Positions 1 to 11,756 of a stretch of DNA of 64,000 nt are shown here, piece by piece. The DNA comes from a virus. Made by a program: the position numbers and the translations under genes. The notes under the pieces were generated by a model. The model searched no databases. It was given only the letters and a program-made list of their open reading frames with translations, and was not told where the DNA came from. The first letter of the stretch is position 1; every line of letters begins with the position of its first letter. The DNA is taken from positions 9,488 through 73,487 of the IMG/VR virus record IMGVR_UViG_3300018432_000014. One strand, 5' to 3'.

Positions 1-210
1 CGTCTACGAGAGCGAGGCGCGATCGCGGTGGTCGTTGTGCCGGTCGTGATCGCGGATCGCGGGCCGAGCAAGGCAGACGAGAAGCGAGTGCATAAGAGTG
101 CCGAGCAGTGGATCAGTGCGTGGCTCGATGCCGTGCGCGGTGTCGAGCGTGAGGTTGCGCTGAGAGCGCTTGCCGAAGCCATGGCGAGCGCAGATGAGGC
201 TGGCTTGTGA
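1..210 (+). CDS. C-terminal end of a probable SbcD/Mre11-like nuclease (partial)
   Basis: Open frame from the window edge; stop overlaps the SbcC-like start (GTGA); call based on position. Confidence 0.5.
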   Translation, partial: RLRERGAIAVVVVPVVIADRGPSKADEKRVHKSAEQWISAWLDAVRGVEREVALRALAEAMASADEAGL

Positions 211-2147
211 GAATCGAACGACTCTACATCGCGGGGTGGATGCCGTTTGCGGGCGAGCACGACATCGTGCTTCCGGCAGGCCCGATCGCGGTCGTAGGGG
301 AACACAACGGCGATCCTCGCCGCTCGAATCGAGCCGGCAAGACGGCTCTGCTCGAGGCGATCACGTGGTGCTTGTTCGGCGTGCATCGCAAGCGGCTCGA
401 CGATGCGATCATCAATCGAGGTGCGGACCTCTGCGAGGTCACGGTCGATCTCGGCGGGTTGGGCGTGACTCGTAGCAGAGCGCGCGGCAAGGGCTCGACG
501 AAGCTGCAAGTCAATCTCGGCGGAACATCTCTCGTCGGCGAGTCGGCTCAAGCGAAGGTCAACGAGCATCTCGGGCTCGGGCTCGACGACTATCTTGCAA
601 CGGCGTGTTTTCGACAGGGCGACGTGGAGAGCATCGTGTCGAGAACGGCGGGCGATCGGCTTGCGCTCGTGAGTGAGTGGCTGCAGCTCGGGCGATGGGC
701 CGTCGCGAAGAAGGTCCAGGCGGCGAAGGTCAACGCAGCCGATGCAGCACTTGGCGCGAAGCGGTCATCGCTCGCGACACTCGAGGCGACCACGCTCACC
801 GAGGCTCGGCGACTGGAGCTGCAAGAGACCGAGACCCGGTTGACGGCCGACGGTGAGCGCGGGCAGAGGCGGCTCGCATCGATGCAAGCTCGGTCGGGTG
901 AGGCCGCAAATGCGCGGATCGCTCTAGAGCAGCATCTCGAGATCGAGAACCTGCGAACACGGGCGGGCGAGCTTCGAACACAGCTTGCAGGCAAGCGAGC
1001 GGCCGACGGTGAGACCGAGGCAAAGTTGCGGGCTGTTGAAGAAGCGGCTCAGGCGGAGCAAGCCGCTCGCAAGTTGGTCGATGAGGTCGCGACGATCGCG
1101 TCTAGCGGTTTCGATGGCATCTGCCCGGTGATGTGCGAGGCATGCCCGGTTGCGCCCGACGTAGAGGCTGCAGTGCGCTCCAACACCGAGCTTTACGAGG
1201 TCCGTAGCAAAGAGATGAGGGCATGCAGCGCGACGACTCGCGAGCGGCGCGGTGATGCAGTGCTTGCGCGGGCGGCGTCGACGCAGCTCGATCGAGCGTC
1301 CGCCGAGTACGCTGAGATCGTGCGACGCGGTAAAGAGCTTGCTGCGTCCGTGGTGTTGAGCGTCGACGAAGCGACCGAGCGTCTCAAGGACGGCGAAACC
1401 ATCGAGGCCGGTTTCGCAGAGGCGCAAGCCGAAGTCTCTGCGGCGGCGGTGCAACTCGGCAACGTGCAGCGCTTGCTTTCGGCCAGCGTTGAATCGGAGC
1501 TGCAGTGCCGAGCGTTGCGCGACAGTGTGGCGATTCTCGAAGAGTCGGCGCGCGTGAGTAGTTTGGCACTGCGCGCGATCTGCCAAGTACCGGCTGACAT
1601 CGCTCGTGACGAGCTGATCGTGCTCGAGGCTGACGCGAATCACTTGCTGCAAGGCACGGGCGTCAGTCTGCGATTTTCGTGGGCGCGAGAGCTAGCCGAG
1701 AAGTCGCCAGCCTGCGACGAGTGCGGGCACGTCTTCGCCTCGAAGCGAGGCGATGCATGTCCACGGTGCAGCGCGGCTCGAGGTAAGAAGCGGGCGCAAG
1801 AGCTAGAGATCCTCTGCGACGATGGGTCGGGGCTCGAAGAAGATGTCCGATTCAATAGCGGAGGAACACGGGCGATCGTGGGCGCGTCGATTCGACTCGC
1901 GGCGTCGGCTCTCTTGCGACGGCTACGCGGCGCTCCTGCAGCTTGGGCGATTGTCGACGAGCCATTCGGTCCGCTCGACAGCGAGAACCGAGAACAACTC
2001 GCGAGAAGCTTCGCGGGCATGCTCAACAGCGTGGGTCTCGAGCAAGCGCTCGTCGTGTCACACGACATGGTTTTACTCAGTGGTCTGCCGAGCAAGCTCG
2101 TGATCAACAAGACCGGTTCCGGATCCAAAATCAGATTGGAGATGTGA
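207..2147 (+). CDS. sbcC: SbcC/Rad50-like SMC-family ATPase
   Basis: Walker A (SNRAGKT), Q-loop (FRQG), coiled coil with central Cys cluster (CPVMCEACP), signature (NSGG), Walker B/D-loop (AIVDEPFGPLD), H-loop (VVSH). Confidence 0.9.
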   Translation: MRIERLYIAGWMPFAGEHDIVLPAGPIAVVGEHNGDPRRSNRAGKTALLEAITWCLFGVHRKRLDDAIINRGADLCEVTVDLGGLGVTRSRARGKGSTKLQVNLGGTSLVGESAQAKVNEHLGLGLDDYLATACFRQGDVESIVSRTAGDRLALVSEWLQLGRWAVAKKVQAAKVNAADAALGAKRSSLATLEATTLTEARRLELQETETRLTADGERGQRRLASMQARSGEAANARIALEQHLEIENLRTRAGELRTQLAGKRAADGETEAKLRAVEEAAQAEQAARKLVDEVATIASSGFDGICPVMCEACPVAPDVEAAVRSNTELYEVRSKEMRACSATTRERRGDAVLARAASTQLDRASAEYAEIVRRGKELAASVVLSVDEATERLKDGETIEAGFAEAQAEVSAAAVQLGNVQRLLSASVESELQCRALRDSVAILEESARVSSLALRAICQVPADIARDELIVLEADANHLLQGTGVSLRFSWARELAEKSPACDECGHVFASKRGDACPRCSAARGKKRAQELEILCDDGSGLEEDVRFNSGGTRAIVGASIRLAASALLRRLRGAPAAWAIVDEPFGPLDSENREQLARSFAGMLNSVGLEQALVVSHDMVLLSGLPSKLVINKTGSGSKIRLEM

Positions 2148-2653
2148 TGGTCGTCATTGGGATCGACAACGGGCTCGATGGCGGTCTAGTGGCACTCTCG
2201 TCGAAGGGTGTTGTTTGGATGGAGGTGACGCCGACGATCGGCAAGGGCAAGCGTTCGTTCGATCTCAGCGGCATGAGGCGCAGCCTGGTCGTGCTCAAGA
2301 GCGATGCGCGTGGCGATCTCATCGTCGGTCTCGAGCGCGCGCAAGCGATGCCGGGGCAAGGCGTCTCGTCGACGTTTTCGACCGGTTTTGGACACGGATT
2401 GTGGCAAGGCTTGCTCGTCGGGATCGGCATTCCGTTCGAGTTGGTGTCGCCTCAAAAGTGGCAACGCACGATGTTCGAGGGCATCAACCGGACCGACACG
2501 AAGGCAGCATCGGCGCTCGTCGCACAACGCTTGCGGCCTGACGTGGATTGGCGAGCGTCGCCCCGGTGTCGCAAGTCGCACGACGGTTTGACCGATGCGT
2601 TTTGCATTGCCGAGTTTCTTCGCAGGCGACTCGTTTCGGAGAGCGCCGAATGA
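2147..2653 (+). CDS. RuvC-like Holliday junction resolvase
   Basis: VIGIDNG, LE..QAMPGQG.SS.F..G, V.PQKW and DG..DAFCIA motifs of phage RuvC-like proteins. Confidence 0.85.
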   Translation: MVVIGIDNGLDGGLVALSSKGVVWMEVTPTIGKGKRSFDLSGMRRSLVVLKSDARGDLIVGLERAQAMPGQGVSSTFSTGFGHGLWQGLLVGIGIPFELVSPQKWQRTMFEGINRTDTKAASALVAQRLRPDVDWRASPRCRKSHDGLTDAFCIAEFLRRRLVSESAE

Positions 2654-3369
2654 CTCTCGCTCGGATCAAGAAGCTCGGCTCGGCAGAGGTGCGCGTCGGT
2701 CGATGGCAAGACGTGCTCGCAGACGTCTTGCCGGATGTGCTCGTGTCGGATCCGCCGTACTCAGAGAAGACGTGCTCCGGGCACGATGCGGCAGACACGA
2801 TGATCCGGGACGGCAAGGCTCGTCGAACGATGGGCTATCCAGCGTGGTCCCGAGACGACGTCGCGGAGTTCTGTCAGTGGTGGGCACCTCGCACTCGAGG
2901 ATGGTTCGTCGCGTTCACTGATGACGTGCTGTTCCCTGTCTATCGTGAGGTGCTCGGGGATCTCGGGCGCTTCGTGTTTGCGGCAGTGCCCTCGGTGCAA
3001 CGCGGCATGACGGTGAGACGACAGGGCGACGGGCATTCGAGTTGGACCACGTGGATCGTCGCGGCTCGACCGCGCACAAAGGAGTTCGCAAAATGGGGCA
3101 CGCTACAGGGCGCGTATATCCTCCCACCAGGATTCAAAGAGAAGGGGCAGAAGGTCACGGGCCAGAAGACGCTATGGGTGATGGATCAGGTGGTACGCGA
3201 TCACTCGAGAGCGGGGGATCTGGTTGTCGATCCGTGCTGCGGGTCGGGGACCACGTTGCTAGCGGCGGCACGCGCCGGACGAAACGCGCTCGGCTGCGAT
3301 CAGAGCGAGGGGGCTGTATCGATCGCGCGAGAGCGTTTGTTCGGTACACAAGTCAGCGCCGGAGAGTGA
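2650..3369 (+). CDS. N4/N6 DNA methyltransferase (orphan)
   Basis: Catalytic SDPPY, GQK, SAM-binding VVDPCCGSGTT. Confidence 0.85.
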   Translation: MTLARIKKLGSAEVRVGRWQDVLADVLPDVLVSDPPYSEKTCSGHDAADTMIRDGKARRTMGYPAWSRDDVAEFCQWWAPRTRGWFVAFTDDVLFPVYREVLGDLGRFVFAAVPSVQRGMTVRRQGDGHSSWTTWIVAARPRTKEFAKWGTLQGAYILPPGFKEKGQKVTGQKTLWVMDQVVRDHSRAGDLVVDPCCGSGTTLLAAARAGRNALGCDQSEGAVSIARERLFGTQVSAGE

Positions 3370-4560
3370 TGCAGATGGCGAGCGGTAAAGCTGTGCAAGA
3401 GGTGGTCGAGTTCGCACGGAGGTGGTCGGGCGCCGGGCCTCTCGTCGTGCAAGCGTGGGATTCGTGGGAGGCGATTGCGTGCGAGTTTTTCGGCGTGTCG
3501 GCGGCGGACTCTGCGGGCGAGATGCATGCGGTGATGTCGATCGTCGAGAGCGTTGCATTCGGTTCGCCCGAGGACGTCAAAGCTGCAGTGCGCGAGGCGC
3601 GGCCCGATGCGGTCGAGATCGCGCACGAGCTGCTCGCGCATCTGCCGCAGTTCGATGTGGTGCTCGAGGCCGAGATCAGATTTCGTGCGGGTGATCTGTG
3701 TTCGGATTGGTCACTTCAGCTCGTTGACGGGAAGTTGGTAGCACGTTCGGAATTTCGAGCGGGGCACGACACCCATTGATCGAGGTGACCATGACTGAGG
3801 ACAAAGACATCGACACGCTACGGCGCGAGCTAGAGCAGTTGCGAGGCAACGCCCAAGAGAGCCCGACGGCTTCGAGTCTTGTGAAGGGGCTCGAGGATCG
3901 ATGCGAGTCGTTGACGAAGGAGCTTGCGAAAGCCGACGTCGAAAACGAGAGGCTGCGAGTCGAGTCTTTGAAGGCTCGACGCGCAGTGACGCTCGCGGGC
4001 AAAGAAGCCGAGGCGAGCATTGCCGTGATCGCGGCCGAGCTGGCACACGAGCGGCTCGAGAAAGAGCGCGCGTTAGGCGAGCTGGCGCGCGCTCGATGGC
4101 TTCTCGATGGCTCGCCAGACCCGACTGCGGCAGTGGACTCCAAGACGAACGGCGCCGAGTCTGTCGAGCCTGCCTCTACGGAACACAGGTGAGCGCTCGG
4201 GTGCAAGTCGTCGCGGCGTTCGTGACGACGGGTTGGACCGATGTGTCGCGCTTGCGACTTTGGGCAAAGCAGGTGCCGACCTCGTTCTGCATCCTGCTTA
4301 CCGACGATGTCACCGAGGCGAATACGGTGCTTGCGCGGCAGCTCAAGTGCTCGGAGGTCACGGTCGGGCTCATCCGGCTACCCGGGGCCTTACGATCGGC
4401 CGAGGCCCTCTGGAAGGCTCGAGTGCGGCGCGATGAGGTGATGGTAGCGGTCGCAGATGAGGTCGTTGTGTTCGGAGCCGATCCGCGCGACCTCGAGACG
4501 TGGCGGCGCGTCGAGGCGACGGCTTTGAAGACAGTGACGATTTTTCATGCTGTCGAGGGC

Positions 4561-4580
4561 GTGTAATCCCGGGGCCACAC
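4561..4580. promoter_or_regulatory. 20-bp palindrome family, copy 1 (GTGTAATCCCGGGGCCACAC)
   Basis: 3 mismatches to GTGTGGCCCCGGGGCCACAC; exact reverse complement of the copy at 29229. Confidence 0.6.
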
Positions 4581-7124
4581 GATGACGGAGCGAGAGTATT
4601 GCCAGGCGGCGGCGGACGCGTTCTACCGGTCAGACGTGCTAGCGGCCGACTGGATCCTGCGAGAGCGCGATCAGGCGCGCAGAGACGTCGAGGCCCGATA
4701 CTGCGAGTTGCTTGCGGCGGCGCGGGCGGTGATCGAGTTCATCCCGCTACCGGTCGAGCATCGTGCCGCAAAGGTGTTCCGCTCGTTGAGGGCATGCATC
4801 GCCCGATTCACGAACTAGAGCAGTATGCTCACAAACATCGGTCCGTCTGCGTTGAATGAAAAGTTCGTCGAGCGCGAAGAGTCGCGCGAGAAGCTGCTCG
4901 AGTTGAGGCGCTCACTCGCTGGCAAGCGAGGCGAGCACGAGCTGCTCGGCAAAGAGATCGCGGCGATGGAGAAGCAGATCGCCAAAGAGCAGCAGAAGCT
5001 GGTCGACGCGACCAACGAGGTCTCGAAGCTTCTGCACTCGGACTTGGCTGGCATCGTGCCGAAGGCACCGACGACGATCCCGCCTGAGCCCGACAGGAGG
5101 GCGACATGAGTAAGGCGCCGTCGATCGAGACTCAGCTCAAGACAGCGCTTCGAGACCTCAAGCGGTGGAAGGCGAAGGCGTTCGAAGCCGAGCAACGAGA
5201 GCGAGGTCTGCGAAGCCATCTCAAGGCTTTGAATAGCTCGTACGATGAGTGCGAGAAGGAGCGCGCACTGCTCGTGATCGCGGTGGCCAAAAAGCTGACG
5301 GATGGGTGAAACACCGAGCGAGAAGAGAAGACTTCGCGAAGCCGAAAAGCGTCACGGGCGCCGGCACTGTGTTCTCTCGGATCGCGCGTGTTGCGTCTGC
5401 GGTGAGCTTGCGGCGGATCCTGAGAGTGCGTGCCCGGGCCCGGGATCATTCGAGGCGAACGATGGATGCGAAGAAGCCAACGGCGGTCGGTGACCTGCAG
5501 GAACAACGCAAGCAACACGATCAACGTGAGGCGTGGTTCAAGACGTACCGCGCTGCGATCGCGGGCGCTGCAGGTCGCATCGCAACGAGTGCCGGCACGG
5601 TCGACGATGCCGGGGAGATGATCAAACTCGCGGGTGCGTCGGCGACGATGCTTGCGGATGCCGTGCACGGAAAACTCGACGCATGAAGATTCTCACTCGA
5701 GACGAGCAGACCTATCAGGCGATCGCGTCAACGCAGCTCTGGCGCGACATCGTGATGCGCGCCGACCGGATGAAGGTCGCGGGCGTTGGCGCGATCGATC
5801 TCGAAGCGATGAGTGATGCAGAGCACGAGCGGATCCGAGGTTGGGCGAGCGGTGGCGCTCGCATCGAGGGCGCCCCTGCAGTGATCCTCGATTACTTTGC
5901 TCGGCTCGAGAAATGAGAGGCGGCTGCGAATGATTGGCAGAGAAGAGCAAGAGCATGTTGGCAAGGTCTCGGTTGATTTCGAGCTTGCGAAGACGACGCC
6001 GGAGATCTGCGATCTCATCATGCGTGAGCGAGAGCAAGTGCGGATGGAATGCACCGGGCTGATCCTTGAGGCGCTCAGAGAGCGCGATCGTTGGGTCGAG
6101 CGAGTGCGAGTGCTCGAGGATCGTCTTTCAGCGATTCGATTGATGTGCGGGTGACCATGGTCGCGCTCGGCAGTTGCGACTAACACATCGACACATGAAA
6201 CGAGAGACAGAGACGAAGACAGAGGCGCGCACCCGAGTCGAAACGATGTTGTTCGCTGAGGTGCGAGTGTTTCTCGATGCGCTCGAGAAGGCTAACCCGA
6301 TGTGGGAGGACGGTGATTCGCACACGCTCGAGATCGAGGGCGGTTTCGACGGTTACGACGATGCCGATTCGTATCGGTACAGCTTTCGAGTGAAGCGCAC
6401 TCAAGAGGAGGCGTTGTGAGCGCTCCGATAAACGCGCCGCTCTCGCCCGAGCATGAGCGGGTGTTGAGTGAGTGTCTTGATTTTTACGATCTGCTTTCCG
6501 ACGACGAGAATGAAGTGGAGTTCGACTCGTTGTACAACTTCGTACTTGAGCAACGTGCGGACGCGGTGGTTCAGGCTGCAGATGAAGCACTGCAGCGATC
6601 CGAGGATCTGCTCTCGCGGTTCGAAGAGTTGCGCAGTCTCTTCAACCATGCGGAACAGATCGCGGGATCGTGGCCCGACCGAGACGCGGTGCGTAAGGCT
6701 CTCGACGCGAAAGAGACCAAGCGAGAGCCGACAGCAGAACCGTTCTCGGTCGCGCTACGCACCGAGTTGGAACAGCTGCGGTACACGGAGCAGCTCATGT
6801 GCGCGCTCTACGCTGAGAAGACCGAGGGCATCGCGGCTCTCGACCAACCGAGGTTTACGCCACGCGAGCTAAAGACGGTGTTGCTTGCGCGGGTGCCTGC
6901 AAACGACAACAACAATCGTGATGGAGGTCGCTCGTGAGAGAGATGAAGCTAGGCGATCGCGTGCGAGACGTTTTCACAGGATTCTCTGGCGTGCTGGTTG
7001 CGCGGACCGAGTGGCTCAACGGCCCGATCCAGCTGACGATCGAGAGCACGCAGTTGTACCGAGGCAAGCCGATCGGGCGGCAGACGTTCGACGAGGTGCG
7101 GCTCGAGTTTTGGAACGAAGACGA

Positions 7125-7361
7125 GTGAAGAAGAAGATCGGCAGACCGAGCCGCGGGCTCGAGGCTGTGCTCTTCATTCGAGTCGATCAACCGTTGCTCG
7201 ACCGACTCGACGCGTTGCTCGAGATGCGGCGCGTGCAGAACGCGTCTCGTACGTACTCGCGATCGGATGTCGTGCGCGAGCTTCTGCAAGCGGCGCTCGA
7301 CAAGGATGAGCTGCAGGCGCGCGCGTTACAGATCGCTACAGCGAGGGAGTTCTTTCGATGA
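7125..7361 (+). CDS. Ribbon-helix-helix (CopG-like) DNA-binding protein
   Basis: GRP, then LFIRVDQPLLDRLD and SRSDVVRELL. Confidence 0.7.
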   Translation: MKKKIGRPSRGLEAVLFIRVDQPLLDRLDALLEMRRVQNASRTYSRSDVVRELLQAALDKDELQARALQIATAREFFR

Positions 7362-8322
7362 TCGTGGTCAAGGTCGAGCTGCATAGCGCCATCACGGGAC
7401 GAGTCAGCGAGATCGCACGAGCCGAGATCTGCAACGTGGGCGGCACGCGCGATAGTGGTGAATACGAAGCTGATCTGAAGTGGCGCAACAGTGAGTTCGG
7501 CAGTTGGCTGTCCCTTGCGAGAAAAGGCCGTGTGCGTGGCTATCCTCGGCTCAGCTCGAACATTTGGGTCCTCGTGATGCGTGCGCTACGGTCGGCGTTT
7601 CCAGAGGAAACGTGACCAGCTATCAAATCAGCTTTATTCCGATGTCTTGGGCGATCGGCGTGTGGCGCAGACAGCACAAGACGACGCTCGCGATCGGACC
7701 GTTGCGCTTCTCGGTGTCGCGTGGCTTGCGCGGCTGGAAAGAGCCGGGTGGTCGATGACGCAAGACGACATCGCGAAGCAACTCGCTCTCGAGAAGAAGG
7801 CTCTCGCGTTGCTCATTCAAGCGGTCGACACCGCGCTCGGGCACGTCAACAAAAAGCATCCGAGCGTGATGGCAGCGCCCGACGTGATGAAGCTTCGAAT
7901 CTACCTAGCAGCACTCAAGCTCAGACATCCACCGGAGCCGAAGACATGAGCCACGATCCAGACGGCGAGTATCGAGACGATGTGCCCGGGCGCACCCCGG
8001 CAGAGCAACAGCTCGCGATCAGCCGAGCGCAACTCGATCTGCAACAGACGCTTGCTCGGGCGTTGATCAAGTGGCTGGAAGACTCGGCGCGAGAGGTGGC
8101 GACGAACCGCGCAGAGGTGCAAGCCGAGACTGAGATGCTCAAGGCTCAACAGCCAGATCCGTGGGTCGAGGAATACCGAGAGCTGTTCCGCGAGACGACT
8201 CGCAACGATCGTCGACAAGCGCTGGCGCTCGAGAGCATCGCGGTAGCGCTTCATTCGCTCGAGACTATCGTCGTCGAGTCGATCAAGGCAGACACGGCGA
8301 GGCAAGCCGAGGCGAGTAGTTG

Positions 8323-8342
8323 ATGTGGCCCCGGGGCCACAC
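8323..8342. promoter_or_regulatory. 20-bp palindrome family, copy 2
   Basis: ATGTGGCCCCGGGGCCACAC at a gene junction. Confidence 0.65.
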
Positions 8343-9656
8343 GGGGCGATCCGAATGACGGACAACGATGCCGAGCGCAAGCACTGCGAAGAAGCGATCT
8401 TCGCGTGCGGTGGCTACTACGTCGATCCGAATGGCGGCGCAGATACGGTCGATGCCGAGGATGCGATCGAGTGCCTGATCCGAGAGCGCGCGGCGGCGCT
8501 CGCTGCAGGCTTGGACCGTCGTGCTGCGAAGGTCGCGTGCGTAACGCTGGCCTCTCATCGACGGGTGCAGAAACAGCTTCGCGAGCTGCATCGCAGACAC
8601 GAAGCGTTGTTCGCTGCAGCTGATCGAGTCGATCAGGCTTGGTATGAGGGGACGGACAACTCGACTCGGATTGCTATCGAATCGATGCGGCGGACGATGG
8701 ATGCCGAGAAGAGAGAGCCGAGCGAATGACAGATCACGTCTACATGGTCCCGATCCCGAAACAACCGACGACGCCGATCTTCATGCTCGTGCTGGAGCCT
8801 GACGCGCGAGTGCTTGGCGTCGTGGCGTCGGCGTGGCACGGATGCTTTTGCTTTGTTGTGCAAGCCGAGTGCGGTGCGCCAAAGACGAGTCATCGGCGCT
8901 TCTACTTCGCGTTCGATCAGACGCTCGTCGTGAACGGGGCGAGGTACCTCGGCACGATGGCTGAAGCCGAGGTCGATCGCGATGTCATGAGCGACGGGCT
9001 CGTTCGAGACCGACGTCGCGACTTGCACGTGTTCGAGGAGCCGCGCAAGTGACCAAAGAGCAACAGCACTGCTTACTCGTCGCGATCGAATGGCTCGATC
9101 AGGCGTGGCTCAAAGACCAAATCGGCGGGTCGCTTGCCGAGCTGATCCACAGAGAGCGTTCTGCCGCTCGAGTGAGCGTCGTACAGAGCCTGCAGCCGGT
9201 GCTCGACTTCAGAACGATCCTCTTGCAGGGTCGACGCTACGTGGCCGTGTCCGACCTGCGAGAGGCCTTGCAGACGGGCTCTCGGGAGGGCTAAACCGCG
9301 ATCATGACGACACTGCCCAAGCACACGGCTCGCGTGCATGCCGATCACACCGAGTGAAATCGAGAGGCGACCATGCGAACGATTCGACTCGAGTATGAAG
9401 CGCTACTCAATGCCGTGATCGACGAGCTGCAGCTCGATCCGAGCGACCCGCGATTCGCGGCGGCGCGAGACAAGCTTCGAGCGCTGGTAGCGATCGGCCT
9501 CGAGAGACAACAAGGCTACGAGCATCTCTGCAGAGCCGCTCGAGGGCGAGTCGATGGCGGGCTTGTCGTTGCCAAAGTCGATCCCGAGCAGATCGGGATC
9601 GAGTCGATTGTCCCCGAACGGATTTGACCGAGTCACCCCAACCGAGAGGAACACCC

Positions 9657-9791
9657 ATGACCGAGAGCACGAAGACGACCGAGAGCGAGACGCACAAAGA
9701 CCCGGTACCCGAGAAGACGACCGAGAAGACGACCGAGAAGACGGAACCGGCAGAGCACACGACCGAGAAGACGACCGAGACCAAACGCTAG
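9657..9791 (+). CDS. 44-aa Thr/Glu/Lys repeat peptide
   Basis: GAGGA SD then ATG; tandem GACCGAGAAGAC units encode (TEKT)n. Confidence 0.45.
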   Translation: MTESTKTTESETHKDPVPEKTTEKTTEKTEPAEHTTEKTTETKR

Positions 9792-10419
9792 CGCGATGCA
9801 GGTTCGGCACACGGCTCACCTCGTGTGCCGAACCGCTCGACTCGAGAGACAGCATGCCCAAGCAACAGCCGAAGTACCGACAGGGATCGACGCTCGTCGA
9901 CATCCCGTTTCGACTCGAGTCAGAGGGCCAGTGGTGGGATCGCTTCTACCGCTTGCAGCTTCGCGGCGTGTCGGTCGCGACGATGGTGTGCCGAGGCATC
10001 GAGGCGATCGAATCCGAACCGGATGGAGACACATGACAGGCTTCCCCGAGGTCCATCGCTGCGACTGCTACGACACGTTCGGTGAGCCCAAGCCCGGCTG
10101 CATCTTTCATCGCACGGGCACGACACCGAGCCCCGCTTGCCTCGAGCGATGGGAGCGCTACAGCAACGCTCAGGCCCTCGAGCCCGAGTGCAACCCGTCG
10201 GTGTGTCTCGGAGAGGATTGACCCATGAAAGCTTTCATTCGACCTGCCAACGATCGCTCTCTATTGGTCAAAGCAACCGAGGTCACGAGCCTCGAGATGC
10301 TCGTCGGTGTGTTGCGCGGCAAGCGAGCGCGCATCTCGGCCGAATGCGTCGAGTTCGAATACACGCTCTTGATCGAGGTCGACGACGACGCGTCCTTCGC
10401 AACGCTCGAGTCAGCGTGA

Positions 10420-11592
10420 TCACGACTCGCTCGGGACCTTTCGTAATGCAGCTTGCAACTCGGCCTGCAGCTCGACCGAGCGAGCCAGTAGATAGGCATT
10501 CTCTTTCTCAGCGGCCCGCGTGTGCACGCGCAAGCTCTCGAGCGCTGCAGTCAACGACTCGACCGTAGGCGCAGACGGCGCAGCATCGGCCGAGGCTGCA
10601 GAGGCCATGTCGCTTGGCTCGGCTGCCGAGCATGCCGGGCAGATGTGCACGGGGAGGGTTGCACCGTTGGCCAACCAGCATGTGGCAACGACACGCTCGC
10701 AGGCCCGGCACCGGGCCTCGTGCTGCGTGACCTCGAGAGGCATGTCCCCGAGCTTGCGCGCGCGAGCCTCGTCGATCGGGATGACATCGGCGATGTCGGC
10801 TCGCTTCGAGATCAGCGGGTAGAGATGCTCACGAACGAATGCAGCGTTGCGCCGACGAGCCTCGCCGATCGGCACGACCTCCGGATCGTCAGGCCGGCGC
10901 GCTTGCGGGATCAGACCCACGCTAGGCTCTGTGACCGTCTCGAGCATCGACTTGAGCAAAGCGATCTCGTCGATCGTGATCACAGCATGGCGACCATCGA
11001 GCATGTACCGCTCGTGCAGCGTGTCGGCGAGATGCCTGGCCACCTGCAGCACCAACCGCGTTTGCGGGTCGAGACCCTGATGCTCGACCATCTGCAATGC
11101 AGCATCGCGCTCGACTACGCACCGATCGTACCGAGCCAGTAGCATGGCCTTACCGGCAGCCAACTCGCGACGGCGTTCGAGCAACTGCACGACCGCATCG
11201 ACAAGCACAACGACGCATCGGGTCTCGGGCATCGGCAGAGCCGTGAGCAAGGCGCTGGCAACAGGGAAGTCATTGAACGCACGCAATCGATCGAACGTCG
11301 CAGTCCATGCAGGGGCCGGGCTCAGAGGCAACTCACTGAAGGCAGAGAGAGCCGAGGTAAAGCGGTCGAGAGAAGCGAACACGGCCCGATGAAATGCCTC
11401 GGGCGTGGTCGATGGATGAGAGAGGGCCTCGACGAGGCTCGTCTTTAGAAAGCTATGCGCAGAACGAGCGCGAGCGAGTGTGGCCGCAGAGAGGACCGAG
11501 CCGCTCGACTGCTCGTACTCCAAGAGGCGCTCATCGGCCAGATCGAGCAAGACGTGCACGCCGTCGAGAGGGGACGCAGGAGAGGTGTTCAT
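10420..11592 (-). CDS. Hypothetical protein with C-terminal Zn ribbon and coiled coil
   Basis: Long ORF; CRAC...CPAC; duplicated V(V/I)PI.EAR motif; start taken at ATG 11592. Confidence 0.55.
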   Translation of the reverse strand: MNTSPASPLDGVHVLLDLADERLLEYEQSSGSVLSAATLARARSAHSFLKTSLVEALSHPSTTPEAFHRAVFASLDRFTSALSAFSELPLSPAPAWTATFDRLRAFNDFPVASALLTALPMPETRCVVVLVDAVVQLLERRRELAAGKAMLLARYDRCVVERDAALQMVEHQGLDPQTRLVLQVARHLADTLHERYMLDGRHAVITIDEIALLKSMLETVTEPSVGLIPQARRPDDPEVVPIGEARRRNAAFVREHLYPLISKRADIADVIPIDEARARKLGDMPLEVTQHEARCRACERVVATCWLANGATLPVHICPACSAAEPSDMASAASADAAPSAPTVESLTAALESLRVHTRAAEKENAYLLARSVELQAELQAALRKVPSES

Positions 11593-11756
11593 CCGGGCCA
11601 CGTAGCGCACGAGGGCCGATTGCTCAAGTGACCTGCAAGGGGGATCGCGAGAGCCGACACAAGGGCCAGCAAGCGATCGAGAACGACCTTCAACAGATCG
11701 CCCGATGCCCTCAAGCGGCCTCAACAGATCCAGAATTGTAGCCGCACCCCGGTGAG

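Larger units (their letters stand above)
3369..10419 (+). other. Operon of about 25 small, translationally coupled hypothetical phage genes
   Basis: Chain of ATGA/GTGA overlaps (e.g. 5106, 5683, 6416, 6934, 7125, 7358, 7755, 7946, 8726, 9049) with GGAG/GAGG Shine-Dalgarno sites. Confidence 0.7.
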
